Shown in pieces: positions 1 through 7,456 of a stretch of DNA of 20,000 nucleotides (position 1 is the first letter of the stretch; each line of letters opens with the position of its first letter). Origin of the DNA: Chthonomonadaceae bacterium (GTDB taxonomy: Bacteria > Armatimonadota > Chthonomonadetes > Chthonomonadales > Chthonomonadaceae); assembly GCA_035650735.1 (NCBI GenBank), contig DASRGZ010000076.1, forward strand, positions 45,320-65,319. The letters run 5' to 3'. The position numbers were made by a program, and so were the translations under genes. Under the pieces are notes generated by a model, which was not told the DNA's origin, did no database searches, and saw only the letters and a program-made list of their open reading frames with translations.

Positions 1-21
1 CCGTTTCTGCGCGAGGAGTAG
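1..21 (+). CDS. Probable 3' end of an upstream gene (…PFLREE*)
   Basis: Frame 1 reads CCG TTT CTG CGC GAG GAG TAG with GC3-rich codons, directly followed by an intergenic repeat. Too short to confirm. Confidence 0.3.
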   Translation, partial: PFLREE

Positions 22-34
22 ACTGGTTTCTGTT

Positions 35-185
35 CGGGCGGCTAAAGCCGCAGCAACAAAGGCACCAAGTCCGCCTTCGCGGACTCCTTTCTCCCCTCTC
101 CTTCCCAAGGAGAGGGGCCGGGGGTGAGGTCTGTAGTCGCCGTAGGGCGACTTCATGCCTTTGTTGCCGCGAATTGATTCGCCCG
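35..185. repeat. Inverted pair of 51-bp two-hairpin REP-like units (family A: 35-85 and 135-185) flanking a family C palindrome (91-131)
   Basis: 35-85 and the reverse complement of 135-185 match at 38/51 nt. They share the core GCAACAAAGGCA and two hairpins. The middle contains CCCCTCTCCTT-CCC-AAGGAGAGGGG followed by CCGGGGGTGAGGTC. Confidence 0.9.
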
Positions 186-249
186 CTACCGAAAGCTGAA
201 TGACTCTGGGAGTGGAGAAGGGCGGCAGGGAGGAACGAAAGGAAAGTGC

Positions 250-642
250 ATGGCTGGACAAGCGTTTAACGCCTACCGATTTGAGAACGGCCAGTTTGTG
301 CCCCACAATGAGCCGAACACGAACGGGCTGCAATGGGCTGCCTTTCTGGCTCAACAGGGCTACGCTGAGCCGGAGCAGGTCTGGGGGCCGTATCCCGATG
401 TCTATATCAAGGTCTATGAAGCGCGACCGGACGCCCAGGCGCGCTTCCAGTTCGTCGCGATCTGCAACCTGGTCACGGTCCCGCACCGGGTCTTTATCCG
501 CGACATCAACGGCCTGATCCAGCTTCTGAACCTGCTGATGCCTCTGTTCGCGCAATACAGCCGCCCGGAGGAGCAGGTGGGCGAGGCGCTCTTCGGCTCC
601 CAGGGCGCGCAGGAGGAGAGCCCGGAAGACATGATCGAGTGA
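250..642 (+). CDS. Hypothetical protein (130 aa)
   Basis: ATG preceded by AAGGAAAG, GC3-biased codons, protein-like composition with an acidic C-terminus. No family recognised. Confidence 0.8.
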   Translation: MAGQAFNAYRFENGQFVPHNEPNTNGLQWAAFLAQQGYAEPEQVWGPYPDVYIKVYEARPDAQARFQFVAICNLVTVPHRVFIRDINGLIQLLNLLMPLFAQYSRPEEQVGEALFGSQGAQEESPEDMIE

Positions 643-750
643 GGCAGGCCGTTGGGCCATTCTTGAACGAAATGGCAGGCTAGACTCTGCGTGGGCCTCT
701 CTTGCTGCCGTTTTTTCCCGATCTCGCCCGGACAGCGCCGGCGCCCTGCC

Positions 751-2079
751 TTAGAAGGCTTGGCCCCGTGCCATTTCCCAGAACAGGAGCGCGGCGGCAA
801 TGGCCATCAACACGGTGGTGAGGCCGCCGAACAGATTGGATAGCAGCCCGTTGCACCGCTTTTTAACAACGGTTGGGTTATTGCAGAGCCAGAGGAGCAA
901 GACGATCAGGGGCGGAGCGACCACGCCATTGAGCGCCGCTGCATACAATAGCCCCTTGATGGGGCTGATGCTATGCACGAAATTGAGCGCGTACCCTACG
1001 GCAATCACGCCGGCGAGGGTCAGGTAGAAGCCGCGCGCCCGATTGAACCGCCGATAGAGACCATATCGCCACCCCATCGCTTCCGAGAGCATGTATGCTG
1101 CCGAGCCCGCGAGCGTTGGAACAGTAAGCATCCCTGAGGCCACAATCGTCAGCGTGAACAGCCGGTAGCCTGCTTTGCCCAGCGGCAGGAGCGCTCTGGC
1201 GGCCTCCTGGGCCGTATTGATATGCGTCAGGCCGCGCGCGTGGAGCGACGCAGCCGCGCAGAGAAGGATAAAGAAGGCAATCGTCTGCGAGGTAAGCATC
1301 CCCACGATGGTATCGGCGCGCATAGAACGGATTTCCTGCTGGGTAGCCCGCTGCAGCCGTCTTCCTGGCGCGGACGCCTTTCCCTCCTCTACCGCTTCCT
1401 CGACTATCTCTGCTGCCTGCCAAAAGAACAGATAGGGCGAAATGGTGCCTCCCAGCAGGCTCAGGGCCGTCAGGATATATTCCGGGGACTGGCTCCAATG
1501 GGGAAGGAACAGATGGCGCGCGATCTGGGGCCAGTTATGATGCACTCCGGGCAGGAGGGCCGCGACGATATAAGCCAGGAGCGAGAGGGCCAGCCATTTC
1601 AGATAGCGAACATAACTGCGATAGGGAACGAAGACCTCTAGAGCCGCCGTTAAGGCCGTAATGACGGTCAGCCACACCCAAAACGGCAGGCCGAAGAGCA
1701 TCTGCGCCGAGGCGGCCATGATATTCAAATCTGCCCACACATTAACCACATTGGCTCCGAAAAGCAGGATGACGACGCCCCAGAGGAGCCAGGGAGAATA
1801 GTGTTCTTTAATCGCGGCTGCCAATCCCTTGCCCGTGATGGTCGCGATACGCCCGCACATCTCCTGTACCGCAATCATGAGCGGTAACATGGCAGGGAAG
1901 AGCCAGAGTAACCCGTAGCCAAACTGCGCCCCTGCCACCGAATAGGTGCCGACTGCGGTAGGGTCATCATCGGACGCCCCCGTTATCAGGCCAGGGCCGA
2001 GCCGTTTCCAGAGAGGCTGATGGTCTGGCTGCTCGGGACTGGCTGGCATGGAACGGTTCTGGCGCACTTTCGTTGTCAT
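751..2079 (-). CDS. Nramp/SLC11-family divalent metal transporter (non-MntH, Nramp-related clade)
   Basis: LGPGLITGASDDDP…TYSVAGAQFGYGLLW, VQEMCGRI…TGKGL and GGTISPYLFFWQ, with ~11 hydrophobic segments. Start placed at ATG 2079. ATG 2049 is an alternative. Confidence 0.9.
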   Translation of the reverse strand: MTTKVRQNRSMPASPEQPDHQPLWKRLGPGLITGASDDDPTAVGTYSVAGAQFGYGLLWLFPAMLPLMIAVQEMCGRIATITGKGLAAAIKEHYSPWLLWGVVILLFGANVVNVWADLNIMAASAQMLFGLPFWVWLTVITALTAALEVFVPYRSYVRYLKWLALSLLAYIVAALLPGVHHNWPQIARHLFLPHWSQSPEYILTALSLLGGTISPYLFFWQAAEIVEEAVEEGKASAPGRRLQRATQQEIRSMRADTIVGMLTSQTIAFFILLCAAASLHARGLTHINTAQEAARALLPLGKAGYRLFTLTIVASGMLTVPTLAGSAAYMLSEAMGWRYGLYRRFNRARGFYLTLAGVIAVGYALNFVHSISPIKGLLYAAALNGVVAPPLIVLLLWLCNNPTVVKKRCNGLLSNLFGGLTTVLMAIAAALLFWEMARGQAF

Positions 2080-2295
2080 AGATTGCTCTTTACGACTCAA
2101 GGGTAAGGAGGCTCCCCTTTTGCTGCCGGGGAATGGCTGCCGTGTTTCTGTCATACAGGTACGCTCGCGTCGCCGAATCGTGCTCAGCAATAGGGACCCT
2201 CATGCGGCGGACCTTGCGCGAGAGCGCAGGGAAAACGCGCCTGTCTCGCGAACCACCAGGATAGATTCCAGGTAAGACGGAGTAAGAGCACGGCC

Positions 2296-2700
2296 ATGAA
2301 AGCCTTCTCGGTGCGCTGGCGCAGCGCGCGGCGGTTTCAGGAGCATGAAGTCTTTGCGGATGCGGCGGTGGGGGCCTGCATTCTGGCGGCGCTGGAAGCG
2401 TCGGGCGGTATGGCGGTCTGGCAGGCGGGAACGCTGTGGAAGTGTCCGGGCTGCGGAGACCGCACGGTACGCACGGAGGAGTTCCTGGAGGGGATGCGCC
2501 GCGCCGAGGAGTATCTGCAACGCGAGGAGGCATCATGCCAGCGGAGCGGCGACGCGCAAGCCCCGGGCCGCCGCGCCGCGCTGAACTGGCTGGCAGAAGT
2601 CGCCGCCAAGATGCTTGGCTGTGAGCGGGACCGGGTCTATATCAAAGATGAGGGCGGCGCCTGCGCCTATGAAGGGGTAACTTACATCTCTCGGATTTGA
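2296..2700 (+). CDS. Hypothetical protein (134 aa) with a CPGC motif
   Basis: ATG after GGAGTAAGAG, GC3-biased codons, WKCPGCGD motif, followed by a hairpin at 2709-2728. Confidence 0.65.
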   Translation: MKAFSVRWRSARRFQEHEVFADAAVGACILAALEASGGMAVWQAGTLWKCPGCGDRTVRTEEFLEGMRRAEEYLQREEASCQRSGDAQAPGRRAALNWLAEVAAKMLGCERDRVYIKDEGGACAYEGVTYISRI

Positions 2701-2708
2701 CCTCTTTC

Positions 2709-2728
2709 CGGCAGGGTTTAGCCTGCCG
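2709..2728. terminator. Hairpin between convergent genes (possible terminator or repeat remnant)
   Basis: CGGCAGG-GTTTAG-CCTGCCG. No clear U-tract. A family C fragment CTCCCCTCTCCTT follows at 2744-2756. Confidence 0.35.
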
Positions 2729-2768
2729 AGGGTATGGAGGCCGCTCCCCTCTCCTTAAGAAGGCGCCC

Positions 2769-3530
2769 TCAATCCGTAAGTACGGCGTGGCGGAACAGCT
2801 TGCGGGCCCGATCCGATATCTCGTGCCAGGCGGCGCGTGGGATGACGGGCACCTTTTGCTCAAAACGATACCAGGGGCGGGTATAGACCAGGGCTATATT
2901 CGGGCGAGAGCGGTCGGAGTGGTTGGGGGTGCCGCGATGCCACATCCGCAGGTCGCGCAGCAGCACGGAGCCCGCGTTCATGGTCACCCGTCGGGAGGGC
3001 ATTTCCTGCGCGAGGGCCGCTATGTCCGAGCCGCCGGGCCAGAGATGGGTACCGCCCGGCCAGATCTCCATCGGGCCATTCTCTTCGGTCACGTCCACCA
3101 GCGGAATATTCAGCACCAGCCCGTAAGCAGGCAGAGAGAGGCGATTCTCCGGGAAGAGAAGCTGCGTGTCGGAGTGAACGCGCTGATAGTCGGAGCCGGG
3201 CAGCGGCGTGTCCGAGGCAAAGTAGGTGCAGATGGACGTCACCGCCTCCGGGTTGGCGGCAAAGGCCGCGTTGCCGAAGACGGCCTCCACAACGGCCAGC
3301 ACCGTGTCGTTCTCGTAGACACGCGGATCGGCAAAGGGCGGCTCAAACGGCAGATACATCTGGTAGCGGTTCGCGCCCCGGTTGGAAGGCTCACGGCGCA
3401 TATGCTCGCTCAACTGCCGATCGAAGGCATCGCGGAGCGAGTCGATGAGCGCGCGCGGCAGCAAGTCTTCAAAGATGGTGTAGCCGTTGACGCGGATGCG
3501 GTCGGCATGAAACTCAGGGGAGTCTGTCAT
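2769..3530 (-). CDS. Phytanoyl-CoA dioxygenase (PhyH) family Fe(II)/2OG dioxygenase
   Basis: N-terminal NGYTIFEDLL, HxD motif (QRVHSD), NIPLVDVTEENGPMEIWPGGTH and distal His in WHRGTPNHSDRSR. ATG 3530 has an upstream GAGG. Confidence 0.9.
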   Translation of the reverse strand: MTDSPEFHADRIRVNGYTIFEDLLPRALIDSLRDAFDRQLSEHMRREPSNRGANRYQMYLPFEPPFADPRVYENDTVLAVVEAVFGNAAFAANPEAVTSICTYFASDTPLPGSDYQRVHSDTQLLFPENRLSLPAYGLVLNIPLVDVTEENGPMEIWPGGTHLWPGGSDIAALAQEMPSRRVTMNAGSVLLRDLRMWHRGTPNHSDRSRPNIALVYTRPWYRFEQKVPVIPRAAWHEISDRARKLFRHAVLTD

Positions 3531-3567
3531 AACAGGCTTACCTCTAGATCTAAGGAATGAAGCCCTT

Positions 3568-3764
3568 GTCGGGTACTGAAAGTACCCGGCTCTAGGGCCT
3601 GCGGCCAAGCGTCCTGCGGACGGCAAAGCTTAAAAGGTAGTGAGCGTCCGAAGGACGGTCGGCGGCGCAGCCGCCCTCTAGCCGGGTATTTTCCATGCCC
3701 GGCACGGATCGGAGGTTTTCAACCCCCGGCTCTAGGGCCTGCGGCCAAGCGTCCTGGCGGACGC
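3568..3764. repeat. Cluster of three family B two-hairpin REP-like units in head-tail-head order (3568-3622 +, 3645-3703 -, 3708-3764 +)
   Basis: A 32-bp identical segment CCCGGCTCTAGGGCCTGCGGCCAAGCGTCCTG occurs at 3585-3616 and 3725-3756. The middle copy is inverted and diverged. Each unit carries a CGTCC-loop-GGACG hairpin. Confidence 0.9.
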
Positions 3765-3834
3765 GCATTTGTACGAGGTTCAACTGGTTCGTCCGTATGA
3801 TGGCCGCACGGGGCGCGGTCGCGGCGGATTGCTC

Positions 3835-5229
3835 CTACCAACGGGCCTCCGCTTGCGGCGGGTCGGCGTAGGCGGCGTACTGTTGGGCCACCTGCGCGGC
3901 GGCGGTGTCGCCCCGATGGAACAGCAGGCGGTAGCGCAGCGTAAGATGGCCGCCTTGCGGCACGGTATAATCACCGGCCCCTTCGGGGCCAAGCCCGAAA
4001 TCGTGCAGGCCGAAGGGGTTGACGGCAAACAGGCCGTAGTCGCGGGCGTGCCAGGTCTGCGGGTGGCGCAGGTTGCCGGGGTGGTCGAAAATGGCAACGC
4101 CGTAGGTCTGGCCGTGGATAGGCCCCCAGTAGTCCACCCACTCCGCCGCTTTGCCCCAGGCCGCGCCATCCTTATTGCCTGTTGAGGTCTCAATGTGGCC
4201 GCCTTGCTTGCGCGCGGGAGCCAGCGTATCGGCCACGCGCAGCCCGAACGTTCCCTCTTTCGTGTCTCCGAAAACCACTAGGCCCTCGGTCGGCTGGATT
4301 TGAATGGTGAAATCCAGCACGCGGTCGCCGTTGGGCAGGGCGTAAACCCGTATCCAGCGCCTGTCTGTGGCGATGAGCTTGCCGTCGGGAGCGCGCCAGG
4401 CCGTCTCCGCCTCAAAGCCGCCGTAGACCGGGCCGCTTACCGGCCTGCGAAAGGCGAGATTTTCCGTCTTGCCGGTTCCCTTTTCCTCCGACCAGAAATC
4501 TATGCCGTTGATGTTGCCGTGCGTGAACCACAGGCCGCGATGGTGTGGGTGGTCGTGGCTTTCATCCGTGGTAGCTTCCATCGGCCAACGGCGGGTGATC
4601 GGGCTGCCGTCCGGGGTCAGGATGGGATAGAAAAACGGCTTGTTGGGCCCGCTATGGGTTGTGTAGCGCGTGAAAAGGGCGCTGCCGATGGAGACCTCCA
4701 TATCCGGTCCGCGCGGCGTGACGCGCACCTCCGGTTGGTCGGGATGGGAAGCATGCTCGCGGCGCAGGCGGTAGGTGCGCGTAGCGCCCTGCGCCAGGTC
4801 GGGCTCCACAAAGCTAAGCTGGGGCCGGTAATATTCGCCGGTATATCCCAGTTGACAGGACCGCCGCTCCTTGCCATCCGACGTTTCCAGATAGAGCCTG
4901 TCTGCCGGGCCGAGGGTAAGGCGGTGCTGAGTCGAGAGTGGGAGCGCGACCGTCACGATGGCGTTATGGTAGGCATGGTGGAGGGCGCGCACCGTGACGG
5001 TTGGCAGGGCCTCACGGGCCTGGGCGCGCGCCGCCAGGCTTACACTCAGGAGCAGCAGCGTGCATAGGAACCACCTAACCCCCCGGCCTTTGGCCCTCAT
5101 CCCCTGTCCCCCTCTCCCGCAGCGTGGGAGATGGGTTGGGGGGGAGGGCCACTCCCCTCCCCTAGAATTGGGGGAGGGGGCGGGGGTGGGGGCCGCTCCA
5201 CGTTTAAAGAGAGCAGAGCGCGCTACCAT
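3835..5229 (-). CDS. Secreted PF14100 (PmoA-like/DUF6807) family protein
   Basis: KPFFYPILTPDG, DHPHHRGLWFTHG, FGDTKEGTFGLRVA, AIFDHPGN…WHARDYGLFAVNPFG. Signal peptide ends in AARAQA. ATG 5229 has AGGAGG upstream and overlaps the upstream PhyH stop. Alternative start at ATG 5100. Confidence 0.85.
   Translation of the reverse strand: MVARSALFKRGAAPTPAPSPNSRGGEWPSPPTHLPRCGRGGQGMRAKGRGVRWFLCTLLLLSVSLAARAQAREALPTVTVRALHHAYHNAIVTVALPLSTQHRLTLGPADRLYLETSDGKERRSCQLGYTGEYYRPQLSFVEPDLAQGATRTYRLRREHASHPDQPEVRVTPRGPDMEVSIGSALFTRYTTHSGPNKPFFYPILTPDGSPITRRWPMEATTDESHDHPHHRGLWFTHGNINGIDFWSEEKGTGKTENLAFRRPVSGPVYGGFEAETAWRAPDGKLIATDRRWIRVYALPNGDRVLDFTIQIQPTEGLVVFGDTKEGTFGLRVADTLAPARKQGGHIETSTGNKDGAAWGKAAEWVDYWGPIHGQTYGVAIFDHPGNLRHPQTWHARDYGLFAVNPFGLHDFGLGPEGAGDYTVPQGGHLTLRYRLLFHRGDTAAAQVAQQYAAYADPPQAEARW
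5073..5194. repeat. Family C palindromic element (~122 bp) inside the 5' end of the PF14100-family gene
   Basis: ACCTAACCCCCCGGCC…GCCCTCATCCCC, hairpin CTCCC-GCAGCGT-GGGAG and hairpin CCCCTCCCC-TAGAATTG-GGGGAGGGG. Colinear with 12671-12920. Confidence 0.85.
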
Positions 5230-6059
5230 GCAGCCTCCTGGTTCTGCTGTCGGGCCTGCCACCAGACGCGCAGCGGCGCGTCTTCGTCGGTGGGCAGGTA
5301 GTAGCCTAACTGGGTCTTGGCGTCGCCCAGCAATTGGCGGCGAACGGGTGAACAGCGTTCCAGCAGTTCCGGCGGCATCGTCACGTAGTCCATCGGGCGC
5401 AGCCAGCGGTAACCATAGCCGAAAAACAGGCTCTTGCGGGTGATGTGGGACCGGTTGGGGCCGACCGCGTGATAGGTGCGCTGCTCAAACAGCACGGCAT
5501 CGCCCGGATGGGCGCAGATTTCAATGGCGCCGTATGGGTCAGGCGCGTCGTCGGCTTGCGCGGGGCGTCCTATCAGGCGGTGGCTGCCCGGCACGAAGCG
5601 GATATTGCCCCGTCCCGGCGCGGAGAGGTCGGAGAGCCAGTAGGCGATCTTAATCAACAGGCGCGGGTGCGGCTCCAGCATCTCCTGGGCCGAAGTGCCG
5701 CCGTCCCGGTGCCAGTTCTCAGCCTTCCAATGGGCGTCCGCTTCCGGCGGACTCGGCGCGCGCACGATCAGGTGAGAAGTGATCAGGTGGATGTTCCAGT
5801 TGAGCAGATCCACCACGAGCGGCACGGTCGCCGGCCAGTCCAGCAACTCCAGGAACAGATCGTCTTCCACGATGCAGTTACGCAACTGCCAGTGATTGGT
5901 TTTGGAAAGGCCCTGCGCGCGCACTCCCTGTTCATACAGGCGATCTACCACCTCCGTCAGCCGCGCGACCATCGCGGGTGGCAGGACGTTGGGCACTACC
6001 AGGAACCCGTCGCGCTCAAAGGCGGCACGCTGCTCCTGGGTCAATACGGCAGGCTTCAT
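5223..6059 (-). CDS. Phytanoyl-CoA dioxygenase (PhyH) family Fe(II)/2OG dioxygenase
   Basis: LTQEQRAAFERDGFLVVPNVL, WHRDG (HxD), IRFVPGSH and GDAVLFEQRTYHAVGPNRS. AGGAG RBS before ATG 6059. Confidence 0.92.
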   Translation of the reverse strand: MKPAVLTQEQRAAFERDGFLVVPNVLPPAMVARLTEVVDRLYEQGVRAQGLSKTNHWQLRNCIVEDDLFLELLDWPATVPLVVDLLNWNIHLITSHLIVRAPSPPEADAHWKAENWHRDGGTSAQEMLEPHPRLLIKIAYWLSDLSAPGRGNIRFVPGSHRLIGRPAQADDAPDPYGAIEICAHPGDAVLFEQRTYHAVGPNRSHITRKSLFFGYGYRWLRPMDYVTMPPELLERCSPVRRQLLGDAKTQLGYYLPTDEDAPLRVWWQARQQNQEAAW

Positions 6060-6187
6060 GGCAGGCTCCTTCCGGCAGATATGGCAAAGGATTATTCGGT
6101 TGCGTAGGCGTATATACCTGCGCCATTTCGCGGAACGGATCAAACAGATCCGGCTCCGCAGGTTTGCCATCAAAGGAGAAATACATC

Positions 6188-6511
6188 GTGCCGCAGATTA
6201 CCGTCGAAGGCGAGAAGACCTTCGAGGCCGAGGAAGGCAAGAAACTGGTCTTGTGCATCGAAGACGCAGGCATAGATATTCTGCATCGCTGCGGCGGGCT
6301 GGCCCGCTGCACCACCTGCCGCGTGGAGATTCTGGCCGGGGAGGCGCCGCCCATGAGCGAGCGGGAGCGCGCCGCCCTGCAGCGTGAGCCGGGATTGCTC
6401 GGCAAGTACCGGCTTTCCTGCCAGATCCGCGTCGCCAGCGATCTAACGGTGCGCGTCGGCAAGCGCGCGCACATCGAGGGCCTGCGTCCAGGCCCGCGCC
6501 CGGCAGCGTAA
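6188..6511 (+). CDS. 2Fe-2S ferredoxin (adrenodoxin/putidaredoxin-like)
   Basis: HRCGGLARCTTC…RLSCQ cysteine pattern. GTG start after AAGGAG. Confidence 0.92.
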   Translation: MPQITVEGEKTFEAEEGKKLVLCIEDAGIDILHRCGGLARCTTCRVEILAGEAPPMSERERAALQREPGLLGKYRLSCQIRVASDLTVRVGKRAHIEGLRPGPRPAA

Positions 6512-6667
6512 ACACCGGGATTTGCCGTCCTTTTAGCGGCAGGCTCAACCCTGCCGCTGTGGGGCGCTTTGCGCCCGCCGCCCACCGGCGTGGGCGGAAA
6601 AAGCGCCGCCATGAAAGGGCAGTCAAGGAGCCGGAGGCGCCGCTTCCAGTCTCGAAGTCGCACTCTT

Positions 6668-7450
6668 ATGTTCTCTAAAATTCTACGGGCTGTCCGAAAT
6701 CCGCAGATCGTCAGTAACTTTGTCCGGTGGAAGCTACTACAACTACGTATTGCTCTCCACAACGCTACTCTCCGGCGAGCAACACGGCCACAAGGAAACC
6801 CTTCCTGCCTGCCAGAGTTGGCTCAGATCCAGGAACGCTGCAAGCTGGATACCGACATTAGCGACCATCTGCCCACGCTCTTCGCGGAGACGCTGACCAT
6901 GCATCCCCGGTTGATCGTCGAGCTTGGGGTCAGGGGAGGGGACAGCACCTTTGTCCTGGAGCGGGCCGCGCGCCTGTGCCAGGCCAGGCTAATTAGCGTG
7001 GATATTGCCGACTGCGCCAAGGTTACTTCCTGGCCGGATTGGCTCTTTGTCCAGAGCGATGATGTCGCCTTTGCCAAGGAGTTCCCGCGCTACTGCGCCG
7101 AACGCGGCCTTGCCCCCCGCATTGATGTCCTCTTCATTGATACCAGCCATCTCTACGACCATACGGTTCAGGAACTGGCTTGCTGGCTGCCCTTCTTAGC
7201 CGAACACGCCAAAGTGCTGTTCCACGATACCAATCAGCGGCGATTGGGACGCCGTAAGGATGGCCGGCTGATGGCCGGCATAGACAATCGGGGCGTGATC
7301 GCGGCGCTGGAAAACTATTTTGGGCGCTCCTTCGATGCCGGCCAGGACTTTGTGGATGTCTGCAAGGGGTGGCTCATCAAGCACTTCGCCTACAGCAACG
7401 GCCTTACCATCCTTGAGAAACTGCCCAGACAGCCTGGCTATAAACTTTGA
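6668..7450 (+). CDS. Class I SAM-dependent methyltransferase (Methyltransf_24-like)
   Basis: IVELGVRGGDST motif I, LISVDI, IDVLFIDTSHLYD and VLFHDT. Start uncertain (6668 or 6611). Confidence 0.85.
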   Translation: MFSKILRAVRNPQIVSNFVRWKLLQLRIALHNATLRRATRPQGNPSCLPELAQIQERCKLDTDISDHLPTLFAETLTMHPRLIVELGVRGGDSTFVLERAARLCQARLISVDIADCAKVTSWPDWLFVQSDDVAFAKEFPRYCAERGLAPRIDVLFIDTSHLYDHTVQELACWLPFLAEHAKVLFHDTNQRRLGRRKDGRLMAGIDNRGVIAALENYFGRSFDAGQDFVDVCKGWLIKHFAYSNGLTILEKLPRQPGYKL

Positions 7451-7456
7451 TATCCT

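Noticed and set aside
2085..2200. M-box or yybP-ykoY riboswitch upstream of the Nramp-like gene
   Set aside because: GGTAAGGAGGCTCC…TGTCATACAG recalls M-box words but is on the wrong strand and far too short. On the correct strand GGGGAG is not followed by the yybP-ykoY pattern. An Rfam scan would settle it.
2697..3560. Long shadow ORFs (also 4300-5067, 5445-6107, 6016-6762, 9739-10413, 12797-13747, 15355-16383, 16758-17924)
   Set aside because: They are antisense to well-supported genes, lack motifs, and are expected in GC-rich DNA with few stop codons.
3568..3764. CRISPR array suggested by a 32-bp exact direct repeat
   Set aside because: Only two direct copies, 108 bp apart, with an inverted related copy between them and no cas genes. 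This fits a REP/BIME arrangement.
3835..5229. True particulate methane monooxygenase subunit
   Set aside because: A soluble secreted protein with no multi-TM topology and no pmoB/pmoC neighbours. The family name is misleading.
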